Virus record (IMG/VR): IMGVR_UViG_3300026187_001862
Coordinates: 62,257 to 126,256 of that record
Strand: one strand, 5' to 3'
Length of the DNA stretch: 64,000 nt
From: a virus
Lineage: Duplodnaviria; Caudoviricetes
Below the pieces are notes generated by a model, which did no database searches, was not told the origin of the DNA, and worked only from the letters and a program-made list of their open reading frames with translations. The position numbers and the translations under genes are program-made. Shown here in pieces: positions 30,787 to 40,602 of the stretch. Numbering within the stretch: position 1 is the first letter of the stretch; each line of letters opens with the position of its first letter.

Positions 30787-31852
30787 TATTACTCTCCATA
30801 TAGTATTTATATAGCTCAATACTTGCTAGATTCTTGCACTTGCTCTCGCACATAATATCTGCATAATCTAGGAAGCTCAATGCCCAATCGTTAACAAGTT
30901 GATTAGGATAGAAGTCACTGTGTGCTCTTAGCTTTGCTTTCTTGTAGCCTGCTTCTAATAGTGCTGGCATATCAGGCATAGTATCGTGTGCAAAGTCTGT
31001 TGGTAGCCATTCGTTTCTACTATAGCTGTAGTGTATTACAGGACGTACACCGCGCCACGAATCGATTATGTGAGCAAATCTATCGTCGGTGGGTTGAATG
31101 TATTCACCTTCACGGCACCAGTGATGGTGTATGTCAAGAACGAGTGCGCAGTGGTCGACAAGTTCGAGGCTGTGTTCGAGTCCCCACTTGTTTTCGTCGT
31201 TTTCGATCGTGATAGCGTTTCTTGCTTCGGGCGAGAGTCTTTGTAAGACGTCGATGATGCCTTGTGGACCTTTTCTACCCGATATGTGTACATTACACTT
31301 AAAGTCTTGGAATTGTTTGCCGTAACCCATCCATCTGATGACATCCACATGGTACTCAAACTCCTCTATTGATCTTTCGACGATGTCTTTACTATCTGAA
31401 GCAAGGACTGTAAATTGGCCTGGGTGCATTGAGAGCCTAACATCCAACTGTCTGGCTCGCTCTCCAACTTTTGCGAACTCTTTTTCACAGTACGCAACCA
31501 CATCAGGACGGCGCCAAAAATAACACCAAGTAGGCTCGGTATAAACAGGAAGTACATCACTACCCAATCGGACCATTCTAAGCTGAGGGGGAAGATTTCC
31601 AACATACTCTATAAGTCTCCCATAGGACGCTATGTTATGGACCATAATGTCCCACAAGCGTTCTTCAGCAACATCTACAGTTTGCCTGTTGAGCCACTGT
31701 ACTGTTGTGCTACGAGTATTTAGTGGGCGTTGAATTTCTTCTAGTACTTTCTTTTTCTGTGTCTGATCAGCATCCATAAATTTACAGGCAAAGCCTATAC
31801 GTTTTTGTGTAGATTTCATAAAGTCACCACAGGTTGTAAATTTTAAGTCCAT
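30725..31852 (-). CDS. uvsE: UV-damage endonuclease
   Basis: RIGFACK, RLSMHPGQF, ENDE, LDIHH, AHSD motifs. Confidence 0.93.
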   Translation of the reverse strand: MDLKFTTCGDFMKSTQKRIGFACKFMDADQTQKKKVLEEIQRPLNTRSTTVQWLNRQTVDVAEERLWDIMVHNIASYGRLIEYVGNLPPQLRMVRLGSDVLPVYTEPTWCYFWRRPDVVAYCEKEFAKVGERARQLDVRLSMHPGQFTVLASDSKDIVERSIEEFEYHVDVIRWMGYGKQFQDFKCNVHISGRKGPQGIIDVLQRLSPEARNAITIENDENKWGLEHSLELVDHCALVLDIHHHWCREGEYIQPTDDRFAHIIDSWRGVRPVIHYSYSRNEWLPTDFAHDTMPDMPALLEAGYKKAKLRAHSDFYPNQLVNDWALSFLDYADIMCESKCKNLASIELYKYYMESNNELFESNVWQEATSPDPIII

Positions 31853-31870
31853 AGTATTATAGTAACACCT

Positions 31871-32743
31871 TTATTGCCAATTGTCAATCACCCATTTATC
31901 TTTACAGTTGTGCGGATTTGGGTCTCCATGAAATACTGCTACACTTGTTCCATCTTTTATTACAGGATCTCCATTAACTGCAAAGTCTCTTTGTCCTTTT
32001 GGTTTATTATCAAACCTTGGTTTGCCGCGCATTTCCCACTTATAACTTTGTATCCATTCGTCTGGCCAAAAATTAAAATTTTGTGTTATACAAACTCTAA
32101 TCCAATCTTGGTCACCTGGATAGCGTTTCATAATACTTTGTGAATTGTTTATAAAGTTTGTCCAAACTTCTGAATGTTGCCCTGTGTTTAATCTAAAAAC
32201 ACTTGAATTAAACTTTTGATAATTTTTAATTACAAATCTATTAAAGTCTCTAATAATATAAAACTTACCTGGATCGTGTGTAAATAGATAATCAATATTA
32301 TCAAATATAATTACATCTAGATCAAAAAATAATATTGTACCTTTAATAGACAAGTTAGGATTAAAAAACATCGGCTTATACCACCATCCTTTTAAAGGAT
32401 GATCTGGTAATGGCTCAATTCTAATCTCTTCATTTATGCCTTCAGAATTTTCTGTAAAGCAAACAAATTCATAATCAATGGTTAAATTTCTTTTGACCAT
32501 TGTATGTAGCTTGTTTACATAATCTGCATTATACTTGTCGCCGTATTTTAAACAAACTACATAATTTTGGAACGGTGTTCTAGTAGGAGGTTGAGGTGCA
32601 GGTATAGGTCTTTTGACTTCTTTTATTGGTTCTACAATTTTCTGAGGATGAGTGCTTGCACCTATTTGCTTGAGAGCTTTCTCCTTTGCTTTACGGATTT
32701 TTCGCTGCTCTTTTGTTTCGCCTTCTATGTACTTTTTAACCAA
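31871..32743 (-). CDS. GT-A fold glycosyltransferase-like protein
   Basis: WWYK, FDLDVII (DxD), NSSV, GDQDW, VFHG.PNP; TTG start inferred. Confidence 0.7.
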   Translation of the reverse strand: MVKKYIEGETKEQRKIRKAKEKALKQIGASTHPQKIVEPIKEVKRPIPAPQPPTRTPFQNYVVCLKYGDKYNADYVNKLHTMVKRNLTIDYEFVCFTENSEGINEEIRIEPLPDHPLKGWWYKPMFFNPNLSIKGTILFFDLDVIIFDNIDYLFTHDPGKFYIIRDFNRFVIKNYQKFNSSVFRLNTGQHSEVWTNFINNSQSIMKRYPGDQDWIRVCITQNFNFWPDEWIQSYKWEMRGKPRFDNKPKGQRDFAVNGDPVIKDGTSVAVFHGDPNPHNCKDKWVIDNWQ

Positions 32744-32745
32744 AA

Positions 32746-33195
32746 CTAAGCCTCGTAGATTGCTGAATTTGCTCCGTGTTCTGCGCACTCTACTCGCACA
32801 CAGTAACAACGATTGTCTGTTGCCTCACGTATAAGAGCATCTGCAAAGTTAAATGCGTGTTCTGCAAACTTCTCTGCACCAACACCGTCAAATACTTTAA
32901 TCTCTGCAAGACCTTTTTCTTCTAGTTCTAGTAAATCGTCTAGCATTGGATCTGCAGAATCTACAACTAATTTGTGATCAAAATTATCTTCTAGCCAAGC
33001 CTTTAAGGGCTTTAAGCCACCAAAGTCTACAGCCCAGTTTTTATCATCTAAATGATCACATCCAAATGTAAATGTAAATGCTAGACTGTATCCGTGTAGC
33101 AAATGACAGTGTGAATGATCTGCGTTGGGTTGACGAAACACTGCTGATAGTCCAATATTGTGTCCGTAGTGTTTTGTACTTAGATGTCTTGCCAT
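32746..33195 (-). CDS. queD: 6-carboxytetrahydropterin synthase
   Basis: CHLLHGY, VDFGGLK, FDH, EHGANSA; AGGAG RBS before MARHLSTK. Confidence 0.9.
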   Translation of the reverse strand: MARHLSTKHYGHNIGLSAVFRQPNADHSHCHLLHGYSLAFTFTFGCDHLDDKNWAVDFGGLKPLKAWLEDNFDHKLVVDSADPMLDDLLELEEKGLAEIKVFDGVGAEKFAEHAFNFADALIREATDNRCYCVRVECAEHGANSAIYEA

Positions 33196-33200
33196 ATATA

Positions 33201-33262
33201 TTTCTCCTATTAAATATGTAGCGGCAGAGTTAGAAGGGTTGACGCCAAGACCTGTTGTATTC
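33201..33262 (-). promoter_or_regulatory. candidate riboswitch (preQ1-II-like pseudoknot) in queD leader
   Basis: GGCG/UGCC stem whose loop CUUCUA can pair with SD UAGGAG; promoter TTGACA-17-TATAAT at 33272-33300. Confidence 0.45.
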
Positions 33263-33265
33263 ATA

Positions 33266-33862
33266 CTATGTATTATAATATATGTTACTTATGTTGTCAA
33301 CCTTTACATTTGATTTCTTCCAGGCTTTGGGTCGTGTCCAACCATCTTCTTGATATATTGTAAATTTAATTTGTGGGAAATTCTCAAAGATTTTTGCAAT
33401 TTGGTAGATCCAATATGTAGGATCTACTGCCCTTTTATTAGATATGCTATAGTTTGCAGTGTCTTTATATATATTGTTTGTTTTTCCGTCTATACCATAT
33501 AGATCAAAACCTACCATATTTACTTCATTTGTAGTTGTTTTCAATGCTCCTAATAATGTAGCATAAGGTCCACTACCCCAATGTTTAGGTAAGTCTAGTC
33601 GTTCGAATCCAGCATATGGCAAGCTAGGAACTTCTCTAAGTCTTTTAGTATTAAATTTTGAAAATAAATCAGGGCGGGTAAAAACTAAACTGTCATAATT
33701 TGCATTAGCATCAAGTGCTTCTTGTATCATTCTTTTATCAACACAAACAAGATAGTCGACATAATAATCTCTATAGATAGCGTTACATCCTACCTTTTTT
33801 GTGTTAATAGAATTTATGTCGATACTTTTTCGACTCTCGCCGTTGCCTATTACTAAAATCAT
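33266..33862 (-). CDS. Rossmann-like protein resembling sialyltransferase/MptE families
   Basis: VIGNGESR, GCNAIYRD, VGFDL motifs. Confidence 0.55.
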   Translation of the reverse strand: MILVIGNGESRKSIDINSINTKKVGCNAIYRDYYVDYLVCVDKRMIQEALDANANYDSLVFTRPDLFSKFNTKRLREVPSLPYAGFERLDLPKHWGSGPYATLLGALKTTTNEVNMVGFDLYGIDGKTNNIYKDTANYSISNKRAVDPTYWIYQIAKIFENFPQIKFTIYQEDGWTRPKAWKKSNVKVDNISNIYYNT

Positions 33863-34158
33863 AAATCTTTGATGTCTTTTTTTATAGAATCAAGTTCTTT
33901 ATTTACGTTTTTGAATTTTTCTAGAGTTCTACCTAGTATATGAGTAACACTGCCTATAGTGTGTAATGCCCACCACCACCATATTACTGACATAGCAAAC
34001 ATTACTACACCGCCTGTTACTATTAATTTATGATAAATGGTTTCTAGTCCAAATAGTTCAATTAAAAATAATGCTGCTAGAAACGTTATTGGTAAAATTG
34101 TAGCTATCCAAGCCCACAGTTTAATTTCTTTTATTTTTTTGGTGTGAAAGTCCTTCAT
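33859..34158 (-). CDS. two-TM membrane protein
   Basis: Two hydrophobic helices and a charged tail; late motif at 34185-34192. Confidence 0.7.
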   Translation of the reverse strand: MKDFHTKKIKEIKLWAWIATILPITFLAALFLIELFGLETIYHKLIVTGGVVMFAMSVIWWWWALHTIGSVTHILGRTLEKFKNVNKELDSIKKDIKDL

Positions 34159-34221
34159 TGCCTATCTCCTTTGCCTTATACAAATATTTATGGTTTAATT
34201 TGTAAACAAAAAATTGTTAGT

Positions 34222-35094
34222 TTATGAAGAGATAAGGCCAAATGTTTTCCATTCGCCCGGTGTACCGTCTTTTATACACACCCAACCTATATAACCAGTA
34301 GGTTTAGGATCACTGTGCCATACTATGTCACCTTGTTTAAAAGTACCTTCAGTCGGTTTATTGTCTGAAACTGTAAACTTTTTATCTTGAAATCTAAGAC
34401 CGCCTCTGACATCTAAATCTATATCTGACGGACTATTTTTAGTATTAACTCCCAGTCTGCCCATTACAGTTGTTCTTGTGCCTTCGCGACCAATATCAAT
34501 ATTTCCGCTTGGACCAATAACAATTCTAGGAGTATTATCTGTTACTACTTTTAATGTGTCTGTGGTAAATGTACCTATACGAGTGTATGTATCTTCAACA
34601 TCTATAATAAACTCTGATTCTAAACTTACAACACTAATACTAGCATTTGGTGCATCTGTACCAAATCCTAAGCGCATAGAATCTGAGTTATAATGGATAT
34701 AGCCATCAATAACTAGGTCGCCGCTAGTACGAAGATTTTCTAAAGTGCCAACACTAGTTAAATTTGAATTTCTTACACTACTACCTAATTCATTAGCAGA
34801 CAACACTACTCTGTTGCCTATCATATAGTTTTGACCATTGCCTAAATCAATACTTTCACTAGTCCATATACGGTCTGGATTTGCTCTGTATATTAGTTGT
34901 TTGCTAGGCCCTTCGCCTGTCCATTGTACGCCTTTACCGTATATTCCTGCTTCGCCAGCAGCATTAAAGTCTATAGATGTAAGACTCTGCATACGTACAT
35001 CATTGTTTGATAATGCAGTATTTAGAATATCGTGTAAAGAATCAGCAACTCCTTGAATTGCGTTATTTAAATCAGCAGTGTTTATTTCAGGCAT
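34222..35094 (-). CDS. virion/tail-fibre-like protein
   Basis: Start MPEINTAD after GGAG and late motif; SNLTSVGTL, RLGFGTDAP, GDIVW...GWVC...GEWKTFG. Confidence 0.7.
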   Translation of the reverse strand: MPEINTADLNNAIQGVADSLHDILNTALSNNDVRMQSLTSIDFNAAGEAGIYGKGVQWTGEGPSKQLIYRANPDRIWTSESIDLGNGQNYMIGNRVVLSANELGSSVRNSNLTSVGTLENLRTSGDLVIDGYIHYNSDSMRLGFGTDAPNASISVVSLESEFIIDVEDTYTRIGTFTTDTLKVVTDNTPRIVIGPSGNIDIGREGTRTTVMGRLGVNTKNSPSDIDLDVRGGLRFQDKKFTVSDNKPTEGTFKQGDIVWHSDPKPTGYIGWVCIKDGTPGEWKTFGLISS

Positions 35095-35120
35095 GTGATA
35101 ATCTCCGTATACAATATTTA

Positions 35121-36398
35121 TCAAGAAACCTTGAGAAGTACTGTATCTAGATTACATCTTCCATTAAGTTTAGTGTCAGTTGTATTGATTTCGTCTAAAA
35201 ACTTGCGCAATGCAACTTTACCTGCGCCTTTAAACTCTTTTAACTGTTCGTCGGGCTTGCGTAGAGTCTTTTGTACACTTAAATTTTCGTCAAATCCGAT
35301 AATAGTAGTACCTTTTACACTTAAACCTGTACCATCTCTTGCAAGTCCTTTAGGATCAATAATTTCTGCAACATACTTTCCAAGTTTACGTGTTTTGATA
35401 TTGAATACCCATAATTCATTTGCACCTACAACGTCAACTGGGTTGACACTAGCTAGGTTATACTTTGGATCTGCTTTACAGAATTTAAGTTTAGAAACAA
35501 CTTTATCAGCACTACGTGGTTTTGCTTTACGCGGTTTACGATTGGCTTTTGCTTGATCAATAATAAAGTCTAACGCACTGTTAAGATCTTCAATTGCAGT
35601 ACGGAACTTTTTAATGTCTGCTTTCTTAAGATGTGCATAGCCTTCTTTTAGTTGTGCCCACATGTCTTGATCATGTTCGCTCATCTTCTTTAATTGTCCA
35701 GCAGTAGGCATACGTTCTAGGTCGTCGTAATCTGCAAGAACGCCGTCATAAAAGCTCTTCATTTTACGTGCATGTGCTTGGCTAGGCTGTAGTTTTTGGA
35801 AATGCTTCTTAAAATCAAATGCTTTTGGATCAAAACTATCAGAGTCTTCAACCCAGGTTTCTAACCAAACGTCAATATCTTCCACCATATCAATAGACTG
35901 ATCTCTAATACGTTCTTGGATAGTAGGAATATAGACGTTTGCCTTTTCTTTTTCTTCTTCTTTCTTTTCTTCTACTATCTTGCTGCCTACTTCTATCAAT
36001 TTAGCAATTTGTTTTTTTACAAATACGCTAGCAGGTTTTAGATCTCCCATTGTGCCAGCAAGACTTTCCCAATATTCTGCTTCTTTAGGATTGAAATCAG
36101 GCATTCCAAGGTTTAGAAGTTTACAACTAATAGCAAGAGTATGATTAGCACCTGGTGCTTTCTTAGCGGCAACGATATCTTCTTTGGTGTATCCATTATC
36201 TTTCATCCAAGTAAAAATATCTACTTGTATATCAGATGCTTTAAACTCTTGGTAAATCTCATATCGAGCAGATTGCACAAAGCGATGATATGTTTGACCA
36301 TCCCATTCTTCCCAACCGTCAAAGCTGAATAATGCTTGACCTGTTTTTCTACGAACGGGTGCTCTTTTCTTTTTCTTTGCTACTTTGGGAAGTGCCAT
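35121..36398 (-). CDS. hypothetical phage protein
   Basis: 425-aa ORF with AGGAG RBS and TTGACT-17-TATACT promoter. Confidence 0.8.
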   Translation of the reverse strand: MALPKVAKKKKRAPVRRKTGQALFSFDGWEEWDGQTYHRFVQSARYEIYQEFKASDIQVDIFTWMKDNGYTKEDIVAAKKAPGANHTLAISCKLLNLGMPDFNPKEAEYWESLAGTMGDLKPASVFVKKQIAKLIEVGSKIVEEKKEEEKEKANVYIPTIQERIRDQSIDMVEDIDVWLETWVEDSDSFDPKAFDFKKHFQKLQPSQAHARKMKSFYDGVLADYDDLERMPTAGQLKKMSEHDQDMWAQLKEGYAHLKKADIKKFRTAIEDLNSALDFIIDQAKANRKPRKAKPRSADKVVSKLKFCKADPKYNLASVNPVDVVGANELWVFNIKTRKLGKYVAEIIDPKGLARDGTGLSVKGTTIIGFDENLSVQKTLRKPDEQLKEFKGAGKVALRKFLDEINTTDTKLNGRCNLDTVLLKVS

Positions 36399-36439
36399 AT
36401 GTCTCTCCTAACAGTTATTTTGCTAGTATATATGTTTGT

Positions 36440-36847
36440 TTATGAAAAGTCAAGTACTTTTGACTCGTCTTTAGTCCAATAGACTTTCTCAATTCCGTAA
36501 TTCTCAATTACATTTTCACAGCCTTCGCATGGTTTCGCAAGCCCGTATACCCAGCCCTTAGACGATATACAAGGTCGTTTAACACGTACTATGTGTAACT
36601 CGCACCGTTTAAGTTGCTCTGCTGTAATCAAGCGTAGTGCGCTTTGTATAGCGTCTACTTCGGCATGTCTGTAACGTTGATCATTGCGATATCCTTGTGT
36701 AAGCATTAGAGGATGAGTTTTAGGTTGGTTAGTACCAGTTGCAATTAGATGTCGCTTATACACAATGCCAGCAGCCATAGGAACACGTTGCCCATAGCCG
36801 CCAGATTCAATTGCAAGGCGAGTAAGAATTTTTGTGATTCTAGACAT
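36440..36847 (-). CDS. zinc-dependent deaminase (CDA/TadA superfamily)
   Basis: HAEVDAI...KPCEGC. Confidence 0.82.
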   Translation of the reverse strand: MSRITKILTRLAIESGGYGQRVPMAAGIVYKRHLIATGTNQPKTHPLMLTQGYRNDQRYRHAEVDAIQSALRLITAEQLKRCELHIVRVKRPCISSKGWVYGLAKPCEGCENVIENYGIEKVYWTKDESKVLDFS

Positions 36848-37449
36848 TAGTCCCAGAGGCTCTCATAGTATTTTCCAAACAATCTAAATCCGTTGCTCAT
36901 ACGTTCTTGATGTGCTTTTCTACCTTCGTCGTCTACGTTAATATGATAGCCACTAAACGCTTTAGTTTCATCTTCTACCCATTCACCGTAGTATTGCTCT
37001 TCCCAGTCCTCTGACTTGCTAGCAAAAGCAAAGATCATTTCGTCCATAACCCAGTCCCAACGTGCAAAATGTGTATCATCAGTACCATATTCATCTTGTT
37101 CTTTTGGACGAAGATCCTTTGGACAGTCGTCTGGATCAACATAAGGAGCACCGTGCTTGGTTTCTTTGAGTTGTATCAGCATAGGCAACACAATATGTGC
37201 AAGGGTATGGTCCATGCTCCAAGTGTCCCAACGGTCAATACGTACCTTTACTTTCTGTGTACGTCTATCAAACCAAGCCCAGTTAAACACGTTGTACACA
37301 CTTTGTACAGCGTCTTCTAGTTTCTCCAAGAAGTTTTCAAAACGACTCTGTTCAGTTGGCCAATCTATGATGCCATACTTCTTGTCCATATAATGTGTGT
37401 GAATACGACAAGTTAGTCTGTTTGGATAGTTAGAAATTTTAATCTTCAT
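36847..37449 (-). CDS. hypothetical protein
   Basis: Coupled ORF; WSMDHTLA..., LFGKYY.SLWD. Confidence 0.75.
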   Translation of the reverse strand: MKIKISNYPNRLTCRIHTHYMDKKYGIIDWPTEQSRFENFLEKLEDAVQSVYNVFNWAWFDRRTQKVKVRIDRWDTWSMDHTLAHIVLPMLIQLKETKHGAPYVDPDDCPKDLRPKEQDEYGTDDTHFARWDWVMDEMIFAFASKSEDWEEQYYGEWVEDETKAFSGYHINVDDEGRKAHQERMSNGFRLFGKYYESLWD

Positions 37450-37642
37450 AATAATCTACCACCATTACCATTTCTGGTTTGTCAGGATGTTGGAATGTTT
37501 TTGCAAACTCCATTGCTTCATGTGCATCTTCAAACAGTTCAGGTTGCAAGTCCCAACAGTGTTCTGTTTGCTTTGTAACATAAATCCAATCGTCTTTGCC
37601 GTCAAGACACACCATCACTGCGTACACGCTTCTTCTCCTCAT
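37439..37642 (-). CDS. hypothetical protein
   Basis: Fills the gap between coupled genes. Confidence 0.6.
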   Translation of the reverse strand: MRRRSVYAVMVCLDGKDDWIYVTKQTEHCWDLQPELFEDAHEAMEFAKTFQHPDKPEMVMVVDYYED

Positions 37643-37874
37643 AATCATGCACAAGCATAGTTAGCTCATCTATCTTATTGCCAGTCTCTATTACTTCAGG
37701 ACATTTAGTTGCAAGCAAATCTAAGTCATAACGTCTTGGATAGTGTCGCAAGCATCTACGTGCATTGTTTCTAACTTCCTTAGGCACACGAGGTGTTTTC
37801 TTAGGATCGCACAAGTCTAATAAAAACTGTTCTGTATTTACTATACTGCTAAATCTTTCACAAGGTAATGTCAT
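37602..37874 (-). CDS. hypothetical protein
   Basis: TPRVPKEVR...LRHYP; ATGA overlap. Confidence 0.7.
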   Translation of the reverse strand: MTLPCERFSSIVNTEQFLLDLCDPKKTPRVPKEVRNNARRCLRHYPRRYDLDLLATKCPEVIETGNKIDELTMLVHDYEEKKRVRSDGVS

Positions 37875-38251
37875 GCTAGATCCGTTATCAGTTTATAGTT
37901 GTCCCACGCTTTCTGTTGTGCAGGATTCATTTCGTTTTCAGGTACAAAGCACTCTAGCCAGTAGTAAGGCATACGGGGAGAATGAGCACCAAACTGCCGC
38001 GGTTGATGTATTTTACCGTTGTCATACAGTCTTATGGCCATACGTCTAAAGTCGTCGTACTCGTCTGCGAAGTCTGCCCATTCAGGATCGCTCATTCCGC
38101 CGTAGATGTATCCTTCCCAAATAGCATTCCAATGGTTATCGTTGTGTGGATCAAAATCTGTTCTTGCTACAATTACAAGTACTTCCTCTTCATCTACTAC
38201 ACCTGTGTATATATCTCGCATACAGCGAGAAAGACTTAGTCCTACTTTCAT
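37871..38251 (-). CDS. hypothetical protein
   Basis: Start MKVGLSLSRC by ATGA overlap; GKIHQPR. Confidence 0.7.
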   Translation of the reverse strand: MKVGLSLSRCMRDIYTGVVDEEEVLVIVARTDFDPHNDNHWNAIWEGYIYGGMSDPEWADFADEYDDFRRMAIRLYDNGKIHQPRQFGAHSPRMPYYWLECFVPENEMNPAQQKAWDNYKLITDLA

Positions 38252-38490
38252 TGATTTGTATACCCCGGCCATTGTTTAGCAAATTCATTTGCGTGAATTT
38301 CGCTTTCAAAATAAAATGTATGCTCGTAAACATTTGTCCACGTAGTCATACTCCAAGACTCACGAGGTATGCGTCTGCGACACCAATCTTTACCTTTCCA
38401 GTCTAGATCACTGTGTAAACGTACTGCATAACCCGGAAGCCAGCGTTGTTTATATTCAAATACTTCCTGTGGTGTCATTTTAACACTCAT
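38248..38490 (-). CDS. hypothetical protein
   Basis: Coupled ORF. Confidence 0.65.
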   Translation of the reverse strand: MSVKMTPQEVFEYKQRWLPGYAVRLHSDLDWKGKDWCRRRIPRESWSMTTWTNVYEHTFYFESEIHANEFAKQWPGYTNQ

Positions 38491-38525
38491 TCTCTAAATC
38501 CCAAATACACCTGGGATTTTCGTAC

Positions 38526-39836
38526 TTATAACTTTTCGTGTACTGCGAATCCTCTAAAGGTTTTGAATCGAGGAAACCGTAACGAATAAGTACCGTCTTG
38601 ATTTTGTGTAATAGCATCTGCTCTTACCTCTACTAAATTTCCGATAATGCTGTTGCGACTATTCCAGAAATCATCACGATTAGCATCAGTGAAACCACTA
38701 CCGACATTAACAGTAATTTGTCTGTCATCGTCGACTCCTTCGCATACAAACGCTCCAAGGCGCCCTTTGTTGCGACCAGTACCTTCTTCAATTTCTTTTA
38801 CCTCCAATGTTACTTCAATAAATGGCTTTGCTTTAAGCCAAGCGTGTGTGCGCTTACATTCATATGGTGCGTCAATATCTTTAATCATTACACCCTCGTA
38901 ACCACCGTCTACAGCCGCTTTATTAAGCTCTGTAAAGCGTGTTTGTCCTTCAGGGGTGTCTAGATCTACATCCTCCCAATCCAATGCTTGTACGTGCTCT
39001 AAGACGTCTTTATTTTGCTCTACCCAAACGCTAACATATTGACTTCTAACGTGTTGTGGTTTATTCCATACACCTTGTTGAAAGTTTTCTAGAGGAACTA
39101 TATCAAACAAATGTAGTACAGCATCATTTGCTTCTACATTCTCTTTGCGATGCACTTGCTTCATAAGATCTTGGAAGTTAGCACTCATTACTTCGCCATC
39201 TAGAACAAGATCATACGGAACAGGTTTCTTAGCAATTACTTGTTCAATCTCTGCAATGATGTGTCCAAAGTTGTGAAACTGTTTTCCGTTACGGCTAAAC
39301 ATTTCTACTTTGTTGCCTTGAATAACTGTAATAACACGAACACCATCTAGTTTAATTTCAATCTGCTTTTGACCTACCATTTTCTTTTCGTGCTTGGCTG
39401 AGTCGTGTGCAAGAGCGCAAGTGAACACAGGAACAGTACCTGGTGCTACTTTGTTTACAGTTTTTTCGCTTACACCACAACGTAGGTCTTTGATAAGTAT
39501 TCTGCGGTACCAACCGTTCCATTGTTCAGTTGTAGCAACACTCATTGCTAGTTCAATAGCATCACGAGCGGCGTGTCCTGTTAGTTCGCGATTTTGTAGT
39601 TTTTCTGCAAGTTCTTTAAACACAGGCCACGCAAGTCCTTGTCCAGTTAGCACGTCTGAGCGTTCTGGTACTTGCTTTACACCAAATGTTACAAGCGGAT
39701 CTAATGCCATACGCAATCCTTCAAAGAACTCTGGAAGACCTTCTTCGTGGGCGGCACGAATGATATCTTCTTTGTTAATACGACTGGAATGTGTTTCTAG
39801 TGCTCCAATAATATAGTTTGGTTGTGTTCTTACCAT
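38526..39836 (-). CDS. ATP-dependent DNA ligase
   Basis: KLDGVR, LDGE, EGVMIK, WLKAK, SLRFPRF. Confidence 0.95.
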   Translation of the reverse strand: MVRTQPNYIIGALETHSSRINKEDIIRAAHEEGLPEFFEGLRMALDPLVTFGVKQVPERSDVLTGQGLAWPVFKELAEKLQNRELTGHAARDAIELAMSVATTEQWNGWYRRILIKDLRCGVSEKTVNKVAPGTVPVFTCALAHDSAKHEKKMVGQKQIEIKLDGVRVITVIQGNKVEMFSRNGKQFHNFGHIIAEIEQVIAKKPVPYDLVLDGEVMSANFQDLMKQVHRKENVEANDAVLHLFDIVPLENFQQGVWNKPQHVRSQYVSVWVEQNKDVLEHVQALDWEDVDLDTPEGQTRFTELNKAAVDGGYEGVMIKDIDAPYECKRTHAWLKAKPFIEVTLEVKEIEEGTGRNKGRLGAFVCEGVDDDRQITVNVGSGFTDANRDDFWNSRNSIIGNLVEVRADAITQNQDGTYSLRFPRFKTFRGFAVHEKL

Positions 39837-40054
39837 TCCATCGCCCCTTCTACTTTATCTAAAATTGCTTTTGAGTGCTTGCAGGATCCTCTAAATGTAA
39901 ATCCTGGACAATCACAATCAAATCCTTTGTCGTGTAATTCTACACTGTACTCGTTGCCCTTGCTGCCTGCTACAGGCCAAACGAAGCCCACCATCCAATG
40001 GTCCTTAGACTTAAAGGAGGTGGGCTTCAAGTACTTTGCTGTGTACTTGCTCAT
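39830..40054 (-). CDS. SWIM zinc-finger protein
   Basis: CDCPGF...CKH. Confidence 0.8.
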   Translation of the reverse strand: MSKYTAKYLKPTSFKSKDHWMVGFVWPVAGSKGNEYSVELHDKGFDCDCPGFTFRGSCKHSKAILDKVEGAMEW

Positions 40055-40566
40055 ACTAAATCCTCAACGCTGATTGGCGTAAAGTTAATTTGTTCAACAC
40101 AAACACACTTGTAAGGACCTTCTGGTGAAGGATTACTGTGAATATGTCCGTGTACGTTCAACTTTGGCTCATCGCCCCATCTATGTCTTTCAGCAAGTGT
40201 AGTTGGATGCAACGGAGTGTGTGTTAAAATTAACCCTGGAACACTGTCAATCCAAAGTTGAATGTCTTTAAAGAACGGAGTAAGCATCTTTACATTATCA
40301 TGGTTACCTAGTACAAGTCTTTTCTTGCCTGGTAACTTAGTAAAGTTTTGCTCCATCCAGTCAACTTTGTCCATACCAAACAGAACGTCTCCACAGTGAA
40401 TGACAGTATCGTTTGGCTTCACAACACTTGCCCAGTTGTCTAACATGCACTCGTTCATTTGCTCTACAGAGTCAAAAGTTCTAGGCGGCTTGCCAGCGTA
40501 ATCCTTAAAGGTAAGGATTGCTTCGTGGTTAAAGTGTGTATCACTAATAACGAATATATCTGCCAT
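40051..40566 (-). CDS. metallophosphoesterase
   Basis: SDTH, GD, GNHD, HGHIH. Confidence 0.9.
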   Translation of the reverse strand: MADIFVISDTHFNHEAILTFKDYAGKPPRTFDSVEQMNECMLDNWASVVKPNDTVIHCGDVLFGMDKVDWMEQNFTKLPGKKRLVLGNHDNVKMLTPFFKDIQLWIDSVPGLILTHTPLHPTTLAERHRWGDEPKLNVHGHIHSNPSPEGPYKCVCVEQINFTPISVEDLV

Positions 40567-40602
40567 TTTGTGTGCCTATTTGTTTGCCTAATTTATGTAT
40601 AT

